Shown: piece after piece, positions 52,670 to 62,887 of the stretch | Layout: each line of letters opens with the position of its first letter | How positions within the stretch are numbered: position 1 is the stretch's first letter | Source: a virus | Length of the DNA stretch: 64,000 nt | Reading direction: 5' to 3' (one strand) | Virus record (IMG/VR): IMGVR_UViG_3300015360_000024 | Coordinates: 32,001-96,000 of that record | Program-made: the position numbers and the translations under genes | The notes under the pieces: generated by a model | Told to the model about the DNA's origin: nothing | Seen by the model: the letters and a program-made list of their open reading frames with translations, nothing else | Databases searched by the model: none

Positions 52670-54282
52670 CCAGAGACATCGACGAGGCCGCGTTTGGAGC
52701 TGGACTGACGAGGGTCGTTAAGAAGGTCAAGCGTGGTGACAAGACGGTAGATCAGGCCTTCCACGTTAAGAAGGCTGCGCCAGACGATAAGTATGCGGCA
52801 AACAAGCCGTCAGAGATGAAGGTACCCAAGAAGGCAGCTGCGCCAGAGCAAGCACAAGAGCCCGAGGTAGTTCCGCCTGCTGTGAATCAGACCGTCGATC
52901 AGCTGGATGACATGACCGGCGAGGTGCCAGAGCAGGCGGCTCCGACGCGGATTATGGTTCGTACGCGCGAGATTCCCTGGGTCAAGAGGAAGACCGGCAA
53001 GGAAGATGAAGATCCAATCCCGAAGGAGCTGCGCCGGAGATTCGACAAGCGGAGCAAGAAGTCGATCTCAGTGATGGCAAATCCGGCGGTGACTGGGTCG
53101 CCGATCATGACGGTCGTGCCGACGGATAGGATTTTCTGGGGTGCGGACGAGCCCGACCTCCTGATGTCGTTGCGTCACGGCGACATCAAGAAAATGCGCC
53201 TGGTTGGCGGCAGTAACGGGTTGATGATCGCGAAGATTGAGTCTCGCGGCGGCGGCTCGTTCTACGGTTTTATGTGGATGGAGTCGTTGCGCTGCTCGCT
53301 CATCAGGCAACTCTGGGGAGGGGTCATCGACTTCGTGACTGAGGATGGGCCTCTGTCCAGGCGGGCTACCTGCGCCTATGAAGTCTCCAAGGCCTGCGGC
53401 CTGGATGATCTGACGCCGCCAACCGTGCATCGAATCGATGACGACGGCGATATCATGGGGATGTTGCCAGACTCTCTGATTGAGCAAGCGAACGAGTGGG
53501 TTTCGCGCACGACCGGCAAGGATCCGCAGACGGTACGAGAGAAGCTTGGCGCACACGCCACCGTTCAGCTCATTCGTGATGAGCCATGGCCGATCGAATC
53601 GGAGAACTGGTTCAGGGACCTGTTTGGTAGGCCTTCGAACGCTCTCAATAACATCTGGGAAGTAATGCCGCCAGATCGTCGGGTCGGCTTCCTGAGAATC
53701 GCAGCCCTGGATTTTGCAATTGGTTGCCTTGACCGTTCCTGGGGTGACATCGCGTTCTCGAACAACCCAAGGCATCCAGTGATGGTGTTCGGCGGCGAGC
53801 TGTCGATTACTTGCCCGAGGACAATCGGTATCGAGTACGCCACCGGAAACTACGGTAGCTACTCCGATGACGTTCCAGGAACGTTGCCTTTGCTCTGGAG
53901 TGAAGCGCTCACGATGCTGGTGGTTCGAGGCGGGGATGAAGAGATCGCCGGCTTCGAGGAGATCGGTATCAACATCGCCACCCGAATGAAGGACAACCGA
54001 GCGGTTGAGTTGGCGAGGTCATTACTGGAGCACAAGGCAACTCCACTGCAGATCTGCGGTGTTCTGAGCCGCATCTGGATGATGATGACCTGGTCAAAGG
54101 ACATCGCAAAGGACCCGTATTTTGCGGCGCGGTATTACGCTGCCGTGGTTTCCGGTGGAGCCAATCAGATTTTCAAGGGCGTGGAAGACTTCGTTAACAA
54201 CACGATGCACCAGGTGCTCGTGAGGGATTTCGATTTCTACACGGAGATGGAGTCAGGAGGTCCCGATGCAAGCGATCTCTGA
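52666..54282 (+). CDS. PI3/4-kinase/HipA-fold protein 1 (catalytic loop degenerate)
   Basis: AYEVSKACGLDDLTPPTV; LDFAIGCLDRSWGDI; no IDH motif. Confidence 0.6.
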   Translation: MTRDIDEAAFGAGLTRVVKKVKRGDKTVDQAFHVKKAAPDDKYAANKPSEMKVPKKAAAPEQAQEPEVVPPAVNQTVDQLDDMTGEVPEQAAPTRIMVRTREIPWVKRKTGKEDEDPIPKELRRRFDKRSKKSISVMANPAVTGSPIMTVVPTDRIFWGADEPDLLMSLRHGDIKKMRLVGGSNGLMIAKIESRGGGSFYGFMWMESLRCSLIRQLWGGVIDFVTEDGPLSRRATCAYEVSKACGLDDLTPPTVHRIDDDGDIMGMLPDSLIEQANEWVSRTTGKDPQTVREKLGAHATVQLIRDEPWPIESENWFRDLFGRPSNALNNIWEVMPPDRRVGFLRIAALDFAIGCLDRSWGDIAFSNNPRHPVMVFGGELSITCPRTIGIEYATGNYGSYSDDVPGTLPLLWSEALTMLVVRGGDEEIAGFEEIGINIATRMKDNRAVELARSLLEHKATPLQICGVLSRIWMMMTWSKDIAKDPYFAARYYAAVVSGGANQIFKGVEDFVNNTMHQVLVRDFDFYTEMESGGPDASDL

Positions 54283-54526
54283 TTCACGGCGAATTCGCAT
54301 CAAGACGGTCAATTTGATCAACGGCGAGCTTGTGCCATCTCAGGCTGCCGATGCTTGGCAAGAGGAAGACGGCAAGCTTGTTCTGAGTGGGCTCTGGGCG
54401 GATCTCGTTCCGTTCGTAGACGAAGATCATGCTTTGGTCGCGGCCGAGCTTGGTGTTTCCCAGCTGGAGTGGCTGCGTATGCGCATCCAGACGTTCCCGT
54501 TTATCGTCATGGAGATCTACGACTAA
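54266..54526 (+). CDS. Small protein A-prime (paralogue of 52355-52669)
   Basis: DSRRIRIKTVN..NG...DAWQEEDGKL. Confidence 0.65.
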   Translation: MQAISDSRRIRIKTVNLINGELVPSQAADAWQEEDGKLVLSGLWADLVPFVDEDHALVAAELGVSQLEWLRMRIQTFPFIVMEIYD

Positions 54527-55809
54527 TGTCCGGCAGGAAGTCATGGTTGAATCCAAGCGACCTGCTGAAGCCAGGGCGGCTTGCGGCGTTATTCTCTGAG
54601 GACGACAAAACCGCTGTTCTTCCAGTTCCAGCTCCTGGTTTGCAAGCCAAGATAGAGCCGCCGCCGAATGCGGCGCCGTCCATGGCTGGACCGGCGAATG
54701 CTGGCACAGCTCCGTCTGCTCCAGCAGCTTCAGATCACGTAGCGCACTGGTCACCGATGCCGAAGAGGTCCGAGGTCGCCCACGACGAGCCGAGCCTGGC
54801 TTATCGAACCAGGCCAGACCTGGCGTCGCCAGCAGACCGTCATAAAGAGTTCTATGACGCCTACCACAATAAGGGCGCCACCAATAAGACTCTCAGACAG
54901 CACAAGAAGGGCAGCCTCAACGTTGTCTTCCATGGGCAGATGAACACCGGGCATCAGTACATCGCGAAGCCGCACGAAGGCATCGGTCATCGCGATCTGG
55001 ATACGCTGACACCGGAGACCCTGCAGTCGTTGAAGGCCGATGCGATGGATGCCGGCGCCCGGCATGACGCTACCTACGAGTTGATGTCAGCGATGGGCGC
55101 GCACCATATGGTCGTCCCAGGAGCGACGACGAACATGCACGGTCGTCATCAATTCAAGGGTCCAGATCCGGATGCCGACGATAGTCCAAGCAAGCGCCTG
55201 ACGATGGCCGCGCACCACGCCAGAGAGCAGGCGCACATTCAGGAATTCGTTCCAGGAGCGCTCAATGTTCACGACGCGACACCGGAACAGCTGGACAAGG
55301 TCGATGGTGAACACCGACTTCACGGCGTGGTTTCTCACTTGCTGTTCGGAGCCCAGGATGGCCACAGCGGAAACGTGATGATTCATCCTGCAGGTCATCC
55401 GGTCATGATCGACCACGACATGACATTGGCCACTCCGCAGGCCAGCGTAAACAAAGATGTTTTAGGAAAAGAGGCGATACGGTCAGCGTTTGCGCCTGGG
55501 TCGAAACTTGACTATCAAGCCAAATTACCTAAGGATAGTGCAGGTCAAGTGATTCCAGTCGGCAACAACTTCCCTCCTCGGATGCGCGAGACGCTTCAGC
55601 GTGTCGCCGAGGGGTACTACGGGAAAGGCCACGGGTCTCTTGGTCTTTCTGAAAAAGACCATGCCGCACTTCAGAAGAACGCCCGCGAGCTGCTTCTGTA
55701 CGGCATTGAGGGCACCCTGGATCGTCGCGTCAATATCGATACGGTCATGCGCGACAAGAAGGCTGCGAAGGAAGCGCTCAACAGCCAGATCGACGGAGCG
55801 AAATCCTAG
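54526..55809 (+). CDS. PI3/4-kinase/HipA-fold protein 2 (catalytic motifs retained)
   Basis: YIAKP, ATYELMSAMG...VPG, IQEFV, LFGAQDGHSGNVM, VMIDHD. Confidence 0.7.
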   Translation: MSGRKSWLNPSDLLKPGRLAALFSEDDKTAVLPVPAPGLQAKIEPPPNAAPSMAGPANAGTAPSAPAASDHVAHWSPMPKRSEVAHDEPSLAYRTRPDLASPADRHKEFYDAYHNKGATNKTLRQHKKGSLNVVFHGQMNTGHQYIAKPHEGIGHRDLDTLTPETLQSLKADAMDAGARHDATYELMSAMGAHHMVVPGATTNMHGRHQFKGPDPDADDSPSKRLTMAAHHAREQAHIQEFVPGALNVHDATPEQLDKVDGEHRLHGVVSHLLFGAQDGHSGNVMIHPAGHPVMIDHDMTLATPQASVNKDVLGKEAIRSAFAPGSKLDYQAKLPKDSAGQVIPVGNNFPPRMRETLQRVAEGYYGKGHGSLGLSEKDHAALQKNARELLLYGIEGTLDRRVNIDTVMRDKKAAKEALNSQIDGAKS

Positions 55810-56114
55810 TGCTGGTCATTTTTGTATTCGATGGAGATCGCGACCGTGTTCGCGAGGTCATCTGGCAAAAGGCAGAGAACCTGGTCGTGTCCAAGCACTG
55901 GTTCCAAGATGGAACCGTCAAGGACGAGGTGCTCGCTGCGGACAACCTCCTTCAGGCACTCGACGAGCGTGGTGGCATATACTCGGTGTGTCACCCGGCC
56001 GAGGTTGGCGATCTGCGCTCAGCGTTCAAGTACCTTGGCAAGTCTGCGGACCTAGTGGAGACTCTGCCAGATGTCGACCTCACCACAGCAATCCAGCCTA
56101 GCGTCGCTCCGTAA
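55809..56114 (+). CDS. Small hypothetical protein
   Basis: Between kinase-fold genes; overlapping junctions. Confidence 0.5.
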   Translation: MLVIFVFDGDRDRVREVIWQKAENLVVSKHWFQDGTVKDEVLAADNLLQALDERGGIYSVCHPAEVGDLRSAFKYLGKSADLVETLPDVDLTTAIQPSVAP

Positions 56115-57420
56115 GGTCTTCGGATCGCTGTCGCAGCGCAAGCCGAAGCCATCCAAACGCGAGGCCGACCTACCGTCATTTGACGATGCCGCTTTGGTGC
56201 CGGAGCAGTTGCCGGCACAGGCGATGCCACACGAGAAGACCGGAATCGTGTTGGTGCCTTCGCGCCGCATCGACGGATCAGACCTAGATGCGCCATGGAA
56301 TGGTTCGGAGCAAACCATCTGGAACTGGCTGCGAACCACGCCAATTGAGTTCATCGAGGAGCGTGTCCTCACCGGCCTGGATGGAACTTTCTGGGCCCGG
56401 TGTAGGAACGACGAAGGCCGGCTGAGGAGCACGCTGCTGCGTTTCGATACGATCGGTCTAGAAGACCTCTACAAGCTCTGGGGTGTGGAGTATGGGATCG
56501 CGGCGGAGAACCACGACATCCTCAGACGCGAGCAGGCGGCGTACGAGATAGCTAAGGGCCTTGGTTGCGAAGACATGGTTCCTCCGTTGGCGGTGCGGAC
56601 GCTCAATCTGGTTCCGCTGATCTCGGATGCTGTTCGAGAGAAGGTGGCCGCGAAGTATGGAATCGACCCGATTCTCGTCGATGAAACCTACGGGGTCGTG
56701 GGAGCGCTACAGCTTGTTCCGTTGAACGCTCGAAGCTTTGTTGACCACTGGGCCATGCTTGGGCCTGACCCGGCCAGTAGGTTCGCCAGGGCGTCGTCGG
56801 CGCTCAGGTACAGCATGTACCGGCTTATCGCGCTGGACTTCGTGTTGGGTACTGGAAATCGCACGATCGCCAACCTGTTGTTCAACGAGTCCACTGGTTC
56901 CCTGGCGGTTGTCGGCTTTGGTGTAACGCTGGCCAATCCGATGACGGCGGCAGACCATTACCTTGCGCAACGGGCACAGGGCTGGGGTCGGCATATTCCT
57001 GGACCACTGGAAGATCCGGCTCCAGGGGCCCCGCCGTCCGGGACTGATTCGATTTACCTCGCGAACGGTTTCACGGACAGGGAACGCGAGGAGTGCCTGG
57101 CTACGTTCAGGCAGATGTCCGAGGCAACCGACGAGAGAACCGTGGTTCTGCTTTGCCAGATCATGGAGGAGATCGGCATCCCTCGTGAGTGCATCGCAGG
57201 CTTCGTGTCGAGACTGGTGTTCCTCCAGGAGGATCCTGACGCAGTTATCGATAACCCGACCGACCACACCCGCAGCATCCTCGTTCCACTACGCCGTGGG
57301 TTCGCCTTCGACGAGGGCCGCAACCTGAAGGTGGTCGAGACGACGAATCAGATCCTAACGGCAGCAACGGCAGAGGGATTCGACTTTACCTCTGCAATGC
57401 AAGCTCAGCCGGCTCAGTAG
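56071..57420 (+). CDS. PI3/4-kinase/HipA-fold protein 3 (catalytic loop degenerate)
   Basis: REQAAYEIAKGLGCEDMVPP; LDFVLGTGNRTIANLL; VVGFG where IDH is expected. Confidence 0.6.
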   Translation: MSTSPQQSSLASLRKVFGSLSQRKPKPSKREADLPSFDDAALVPEQLPAQAMPHEKTGIVLVPSRRIDGSDLDAPWNGSEQTIWNWLRTTPIEFIEERVLTGLDGTFWARCRNDEGRLRSTLLRFDTIGLEDLYKLWGVEYGIAAENHDILRREQAAYEIAKGLGCEDMVPPLAVRTLNLVPLISDAVREKVAAKYGIDPILVDETYGVVGALQLVPLNARSFVDHWAMLGPDPASRFARASSALRYSMYRLIALDFVLGTGNRTIANLLFNESTGSLAVVGFGVTLANPMTAADHYLAQRAQGWGRHIPGPLEDPAPGAPPSGTDSIYLANGFTDREREECLATFRQMSEATDERTVVLLCQIMEEIGIPRECIAGFVSRLVFLQEDPDAVIDNPTDHTRSILVPLRRGFAFDEGRNLKVVETTNQILTAATAEGFDFTSAMQAQPAQ

Positions 57421-57506
57421 CCGCGCAAACACTTGCGCCAGTATCCCAAGCTACCTTTTGGATGTTTGCGCGTGATCAGCTGTTTCGGCTAATATCTGCG
57501 TAGCTT

Positions 57507-58253
57507 ATGTCGAGCACCACGAGACGTCCGCCGATCCGTCCGGTCAGTAGGGAACCGAAGAAGGCTGCCGCCAGCCTGCAGGAATGCAGATGTTTCGATG
57601 AGGTCGAGCGCAGGCTAAGGCTCGGGTGGTCGGCGCCAGACCTTGTGAAGTTCATCCAAGAGGAAAGCGGGGAGTTGACACACCTGAGCGCTACGTATGT
57701 TCAGAAGATGATCAACGAGTTCAGGAGCACGATTCCTCCGGCCGAGTTGCTGCTGACGACGCAGAACACGAGCGTTGCGGTCCACACGGCTCAGAGGCTC
57801 GCGAACGGCATGTACGAGCTTGAGAAGCTCAACGAGCTGTACGACCTCCAGATGGATCGAATCAAGATCGACGTCGAGAACGAGAAGAAGATCAATAAGC
57901 TCTTCCCGTCGACCGGACGCGAGATTTTCTACGCGATGAAGATTTTGAACCAGGCTTCCGAACTGAAGATGAACCTTGGCATCGCCAAGAGACAGTTGGG
58001 CGAGGTCTCAGTGACCGGAGCGGCGGCCGTGCAGATTGCCGATCGGTACTCCGATGGAGTCGGCAAGGTAATGTCCGACCCAGATAGTCGCCGGAAAGTC
58101 CTCGGCATGGTTGAGACCCTGATGATGGTGGGGGCGCGGGCAAAGCTCGATGCGACTGAGATCATCGCCAGCGCAGCGCATTACGCTGACAGCAAGGTCA
58201 TCGACGTCGACCCTGAGCCTGTGGAGCCGTTTCCCGAGCCCGTGGACGAGTAG
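57507..58253 (+). CDS. Probable terminase small subunit
   Basis: Helical protein directly upstream of terL. Confidence 0.55.
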   Translation: MSSTTRRPPIRPVSREPKKAAASLQECRCFDEVERRLRLGWSAPDLVKFIQEESGELTHLSATYVQKMINEFRSTIPPAELLLTTQNTSVAVHTAQRLANGMYELEKLNELYDLQMDRIKIDVENEKKINKLFPSTGREIFYAMKILNQASELKMNLGIAKRQLGEVSVTGAAAVQIADRYSDGVGKVMSDPDSRRKVLGMVETLMMVGARAKLDATEIIASAAHYADSKVIDVDPEPVEPFPEPVDE

Positions 58254-58255
58254 TC

Positions 58256-60262
58256 ATGGCGATTATCGATCTCGGCGGTCGCGTCAGGAGCGAGCAGACC
58301 AAGGAAGAGTTGGTCCGCATGCTCAGTAAGGAGTTCGCGAACCTCTCCGACGACGAGAAACAGGCGGTGATGCTCTGTCTGCGCGAGATGGATGATCCAG
58401 CCTTCAATGAGCTGGAGGAGAAGGGCGAGGTTGTACCAACCCGTATCTATGATGTCCTGACTGATGCCGAGTACATTCGCAAGCCCGTCGACATGGAGAC
58501 GTTCGTCCGGGATCCGTACTACCTCGGCAAGACCTGCGACGTTCTCTATCCAAAGCTGATGGAAGACATGAACGAGCTATTCGCTGGTAACTACCGCGAA
58601 ACCATTCTGTCAGGGTCGATTGGTTGGGGTAAGTCGTTCTTTGCGTCCATTGCAGCCTGTCGAATCATCTACGAGCTGTCGTGTATGCGCGATCCGCATA
58701 AGAGCTTCGGCATCGGTAAGGGCTCTGATATTTCCTTCGTCGTGCTCTCGGTCAAGGAAGACCTCGCCATCAAGGTCGCCTTTGAGAACATCGCGAACAA
58801 GATCAAGGAGAGCGACTACTTCAAGGATAATTTCGCATTCAAGCCGATGAAGAAGGAGATTATTTTCCCAAATCACATCCAGGTGGCAGCGCGTGCGTCA
58901 ACCGATAGCGCTGCCCTTGGTTTGAACGTCTTCTCCGCATGGATCGATGAGTCGAACTTCCTGGCCCCTATGAAGAAGAAGGGATCTATTGAGAGCCGGG
59001 TCGGCAATACAGACAGGGCTTCGTTTCTCTACGACCAGCTCATCCGTCGTATGAAGTCGCGCTTCCAGCGTCACGGGAAGCTGCCAGGTATGATGATCGT
59101 TGTCTCGTCGAAGCAGACCAGGGACGACTTCACCGCCAAGCGCATTCGTGAGTCGAAGGACGACCCGACGGTGTTCGTTCGCGACTACGCCACCTGGCAC
59201 GTCAAGCCGGATGGGATTTTCTCAAAAGAGGTCTTCCACGTTCTGGTTGGTAACGACCTCATTCCTTCGAAGGTGCTCGATCCTGAAGAGGTGCCCATAC
59301 TGCGCGAGAAGCTACAGGAGGGAATGCTCATCATCGAGGTCCCGATCGACTTCAAGAACGACTTCGTCAACAACGTCGAAGACTCGATTCGCGATATCGC
59401 CGGCATTGAGACGGTCTCCATCTCGCCGTTCATCCAGCAGCGCAATAAGATCGTTCCAAACATTGACATCAACCGCTCGCACCCGTTCACTACGGAGGCG
59501 TGGGTGCAGACCGAGGGTGGCCGATTCATCTGGTCGAAGCTTGCCCATCAGATTGAAACACGCGAAGGGGCGTCACTCGTTCGCGAGTGGCAGCCGCTGT
59601 TCCATGCTGGTTCAGCAAGGCACGTCCATATCGACCCGTCGCTGAACGACGACTCGACTGGTTTCGCCGTTGGCTGCGTGACCGGCTATAAGATGGTGTC
59701 TCGCAGAGATCCTGAGACACAGGAACTATTCACGGAGCGCGCACCGGAGATCTGGGTCGATTTCCTTCTGCGTATCAGCCCGCCCGTCGGTGGCGAAATC
59801 GACCAAGCAGGATTGAGGTCGCTCATCTACCAGTTTCAAGCGAAGGGCTTCTCTGTCAGCTTCGTCTCGGCAGATCAGTTCAACTCAGCCGACACCCTGC
59901 AGCAGCTTGCTCGGAAGGGGCTGACGACTGAGCGAATCTCTGTCGACAAGCCGATGGACGCCTACGACATCCTCAAGCAAGCCCTCTATGAGAACCGGCT
60001 GAGCTTCTACGATTACCGACCACTTCTCGATGAGTTGAAGTGGATCCAGAAGGACAACATCCGCAACAAGGTCGACCACCCAGCTGGTAAATCGAAGGAT
60101 GTGGCCGACGCCTTGGCAGGCATCGTCTTCACGTTGACGACGATGTATCACGGCGCCCCGATGGGGGTGTACAAGGGGTTGTCGCAGCACTCAGATCCAC
60201 AGCAAGAGGAACAGCGCGAGATTGTGGACGACGATGGACCACTGCCTTTCTTGATAGGATGA
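58256..60262 (+). CDS. terL: Terminase large subunit
   Basis: GSIGWGKS Walker A, WIDES Walker B, nuclease HIDPS..DSTG, DHP.GKSKDVADALAG. Confidence 0.92.
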   Translation: MAIIDLGGRVRSEQTKEELVRMLSKEFANLSDDEKQAVMLCLREMDDPAFNELEEKGEVVPTRIYDVLTDAEYIRKPVDMETFVRDPYYLGKTCDVLYPKLMEDMNELFAGNYRETILSGSIGWGKSFFASIAACRIIYELSCMRDPHKSFGIGKGSDISFVVLSVKEDLAIKVAFENIANKIKESDYFKDNFAFKPMKKEIIFPNHIQVAARASTDSAALGLNVFSAWIDESNFLAPMKKKGSIESRVGNTDRASFLYDQLIRRMKSRFQRHGKLPGMMIVVSSKQTRDDFTAKRIRESKDDPTVFVRDYATWHVKPDGIFSKEVFHVLVGNDLIPSKVLDPEEVPILREKLQEGMLIIEVPIDFKNDFVNNVEDSIRDIAGIETVSISPFIQQRNKIVPNIDINRSHPFTTEAWVQTEGGRFIWSKLAHQIETREGASLVREWQPLFHAGSARHVHIDPSLNDDSTGFAVGCVTGYKMVSRRDPETQELFTERAPEIWVDFLLRISPPVGGEIDQAGLRSLIYQFQAKGFSVSFVSADQFNSADTLQQLARKGLTTERISVDKPMDAYDILKQALYENRLSFYDYRPLLDELKWIQKDNIRNKVDHPAGKSKDVADALAGIVFTLTTMYHGAPMGVYKGLSQHSDPQQEEQREIVDDDGPLPFLIG

Positions 60263-60266
60263 CCCC

Positions 60267-60989
60267 ATGGCGGAGACCAAGAAGCACAAGAAACGCAAGA
60301 AGCGGAAGCGCGTTTTGTCTGTGTTTCCGATAATCTACCCTTCTAGAATCGGAACTCCGTACACCTACCGCCCCGGATCTGGAAACGATTCGGGTGGAGC
60401 ACCCGCAGAAGCTCCTCCGGCGCCTCCTTCTCCAGGTTCGGGAATAGGCGAGGCACTGAACGTCAAACCATCTAGGGCCAGGGTGCTGCACGAAATGCGT
60501 CGCGCGCTTGGCCTGAAGCCTGGAAGTGATCGAGCGAACGAGGGCGGCGACGCGTTCCCTCAGGGACCAAGGATGCGTTTGGTGCGGACCGCATTGGTTG
60601 AGTACTTTAACGACGCACCGAACGTTGCGATGGGCGGCTACCAGCTGCCAAGCTTTTCATCGGTGCCGATGCGTGTCGGCGGTCCAGTGATTGGCGGTCC
60701 CGGGTTTCAACACGACGGCAATGGAGAAGGCGGTCGGTACGACTTCAGGAAGTCACCTGGCCTTGGATTCAGGACGGAGATGGCCTGGCGAGTCTGGGAG
60801 AAGGCGATGGACGTTATGGACAAGGAGAAGGGGATGGCAAAGCATTCAATTCTCCTGAGGGCCCTGTCCAAGGCTGGCGTTCATCGCGGACAGATAGATC
60901 CGGCCGAGTATCGTCTCCTTGAGATGGGCATCGAGTGGTACCTCAGCGATGCTGGCGCACTTGGTGCCAGCAAGAGCGTTTTCTATTAG
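60267..60989 (+). CDS. Hypothetical protein (basic N-terminus, Pro/Gly-rich)
   Basis: 240-aa ORF. Confidence 0.6.
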   Translation: MAETKKHKKRKKRKRVLSVFPIIYPSRIGTPYTYRPGSGNDSGGAPAEAPPAPPSPGSGIGEALNVKPSRARVLHEMRRALGLKPGSDRANEGGDAFPQGPRMRLVRTALVEYFNDAPNVAMGGYQLPSFSSVPMRVGGPVIGGPGFQHDGNGEGGRYDFRKSPGLGFRTEMAWRVWEKAMDVMDKEKGMAKHSILLRALSKAGVHRGQIDPAEYRLLEMGIEWYLSDAGALGASKSVFY

Positions 60990-61021
60990 AAATGTTCAGA
61001 TCTTAGGATATTCAAAGTAAT

Positions 61022-61294
61022 ATGAACAGGATACGACCAGAACCCAAGGACGATGCATCCAATGCCCTTGGAGACGCTCCAGAGGAGGAATACACGTTTC
61101 TTCTCGTGCCGGTAGGCGTCTATACGCAGGTGGCTCAGATTGCTCGCCAGCAGGGATGCTCGGTGGGCGAGGTGTTCCAAAGATCGCTTTTGGCGTATGT
61201 TCAGGCCGCCGAGACGGGTGCGGATAAACAGCCTGATCGACAGCCATCCAGGCCACCGCCTGACATGGTCGTCAAACGTAAAAGGAGTCCATGA
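61022..61294 (+). CDS. Hypothetical protein (possible ribbon-helix-helix)
   Basis: VPVGVYTQVAQIARQQGCSVGEVF. Confidence 0.5.
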   Translation: MNRIRPEPKDDASNALGDAPEEEYTFLLVPVGVYTQVAQIARQQGCSVGEVFQRSLLAYVQAAETGADKQPDRQPSRPPPDMVVKRKRSP

Positions 61295-61746
61295 TGTGGC
61301 AGACGGTACTTGAGAACATGATTCCGGTGATCTTCATGATCATCACGCCCGTGGCTACGTTGTTTGTGAGCCTCCTTCTCCGCAAGCTGGCGAAGAAGTG
61401 GCATCTCGAAGGCGCTCTTCAGTATGACCAGAAGGTTGACGAGCTAGTCATCAAGGGTATCAAGGCTGTTGAGCAAAGGAGCATCGCGGCCGTGAAAAAG
61501 GGCCGCGACATGACGCCCGGCGAGCAGAAGCTGGACGAGGCGATGAAGTTCGTCAATGCACAGCTGATCGCCATGAAGCTTCCAGAGAAGGCTACCACCG
61601 AGCTGTCGATGCTCATCGAATCTAAGCTGTTCGATGGCGTGAAGGAGCCCGTCACTCAAGTTGTCGCAGTCACCCCAGTCATGGCGACTGGTGGCACGGC
61701 CGTGTCAGTTACGCCGACGACGCCCGTTACGCCGACGACGCCCTAA
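61291..61746 (+). CDS. Holin-like membrane protein
   Basis: N-terminal TM, then AVEQ...G.QKLDEA pattern. Confidence 0.5.
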   Translation: MMWQTVLENMIPVIFMIITPVATLFVSLLLRKLAKKWHLEGALQYDQKVDELVIKGIKAVEQRSIAAVKKGRDMTPGEQKLDEAMKFVNAQLIAMKLPEKATTELSMLIESKLFDGVKEPVTQVVAVTPVMATGGTAVSVTPTTPVTPTTP

Positions 61747-61760
61747 GGTAGGATCCCGCC

Positions 61761-62087
61761 ATGGCCGTTGAGACTCCTACATTCCCGGCAACACTGCCGT
61801 CGAGCATTAAGTCGATCCGCTTCTATCAAACAGGAGCGGCCACGGCGAACTACGCCGACAACAAGTGGCCGTTCGTGAAGGCGAACCCGGCAGATCCGCT
61901 GGTGCCAGAGCAAGGTTGGTCTCACAGTATTGCCGTGAGAGCGGTAGGCGGTGATCTGCGGATCTCATTCGACGGAACGATCGACCACGGCTTCATTCTG
62001 TCTGGCACCGAACGCATCTATGAGAAACGGCACGAAGGTGGAATTGCCGTAAAGGGTGCTGGTACGTTTCACATAGAGGCCTGGTAG
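61761..62087 (+). CDS. Hypothetical (possibly virion) protein
   Basis: 108-aa ORF. Confidence 0.55.
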   Translation: MAVETPTFPATLPSSIKSIRFYQTGAATANYADNKWPFVKANPADPLVPEQGWSHSIAVRAVGGDLRISFDGTIDHGFILSGTERIYEKRHEGGIAVKGAGTFHIEAW

Positions 62088-62121
62088 TTCAGTCGCAGAT
62101 CCGTGTGATAGTCTGCGCTCA

Positions 62122-62493
62122 ATGTCGATTGAGCGCGAACAGGACGAGGCCACGTCTCTTGATCCCAACGATGGGAGCGAAGAGCGTGGTCTTTCTGTTT
62201 TGGATCATGTGACCGAAGATGTTGGAGAAATCCAAAAATCCGATACATCTCGCATGGAGAACGAACTCATGCGAAGTGCTTTGGCTTTTATGAAAACGTC
62301 AGACTCGAAATGGGCTGACGCTCGAAGCAAGGGTCCAAGCCCTGCTGACTTCGGCGACCACCAACCGATCCCGATCGACTCGGTTTGTCTTTCTCCGGTG
62401 CTGGCCACCGACGAGAAAGTAATCGACGATGTTCCAGAGACAGTAGAAGAACTAGAACAGGATCTCAGATCCGAGAGGAGAACTCATGGTTGA
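62122..62493 (+). CDS. Acidic hypothetical protein
   Basis: 123-aa ORF. Confidence 0.5.
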   Translation: MSIEREQDEATSLDPNDGSEERGLSVLDHVTEDVGEIQKSDTSRMENELMRSALAFMKTSDSKWADARSKGPSPADFGDHQPIPIDSVCLSPVLATDEKVIDDVPETVEELEQDLRSERRTHG

Positions 62494-62590
62494 ATTTACA
62501 ACGCCACGCAAGCGCATGATCCGTCCCGTCCGTCGGTGCAAGAACGGCTGCTTACTTTAGCCGGGCACTGTCGGTGACCCGGCATTCGAT

Positions 62591-62887
62591 ATGACTAACC
62601 TAATTTGCTTTATTCTTTCCTGCTACGGGGTTACGAACATCGTAACCAGCGGGAAGATCTTCAAGTGGCTTCGGGACTTTCTTTGTCCGATTCCAGTTCT
62701 CGGCTACTGGATAATGTGCCCGATGTGCCTTAGCGTGCCCGTGGGGATTGGTTGGTTCCTGCTTGGGCTAAGTCCTCAAATCGACGCGCCGTTTTTAGTT
62801 TCAGCAGCATCATGCGGGATGATATCAAGCGGATCTTGTTGGATTATTCGCGTGGCGCTTCACCGCCTTGGAGAGGATGAACTGTAG
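62591..62887 (+). CDS. DUF1360-like membrane protein
   Basis: T.IVT..KIF..LR...CPMCLSV. Confidence 0.6.
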   Translation: MTNLICFILSCYGVTNIVTSGKIFKWLRDFLCPIPVLGYWIMCPMCLSVPVGIGWFLLGLSPQIDAPFLVSAASCGMISSGSCWIIRVALHRLGEDEL

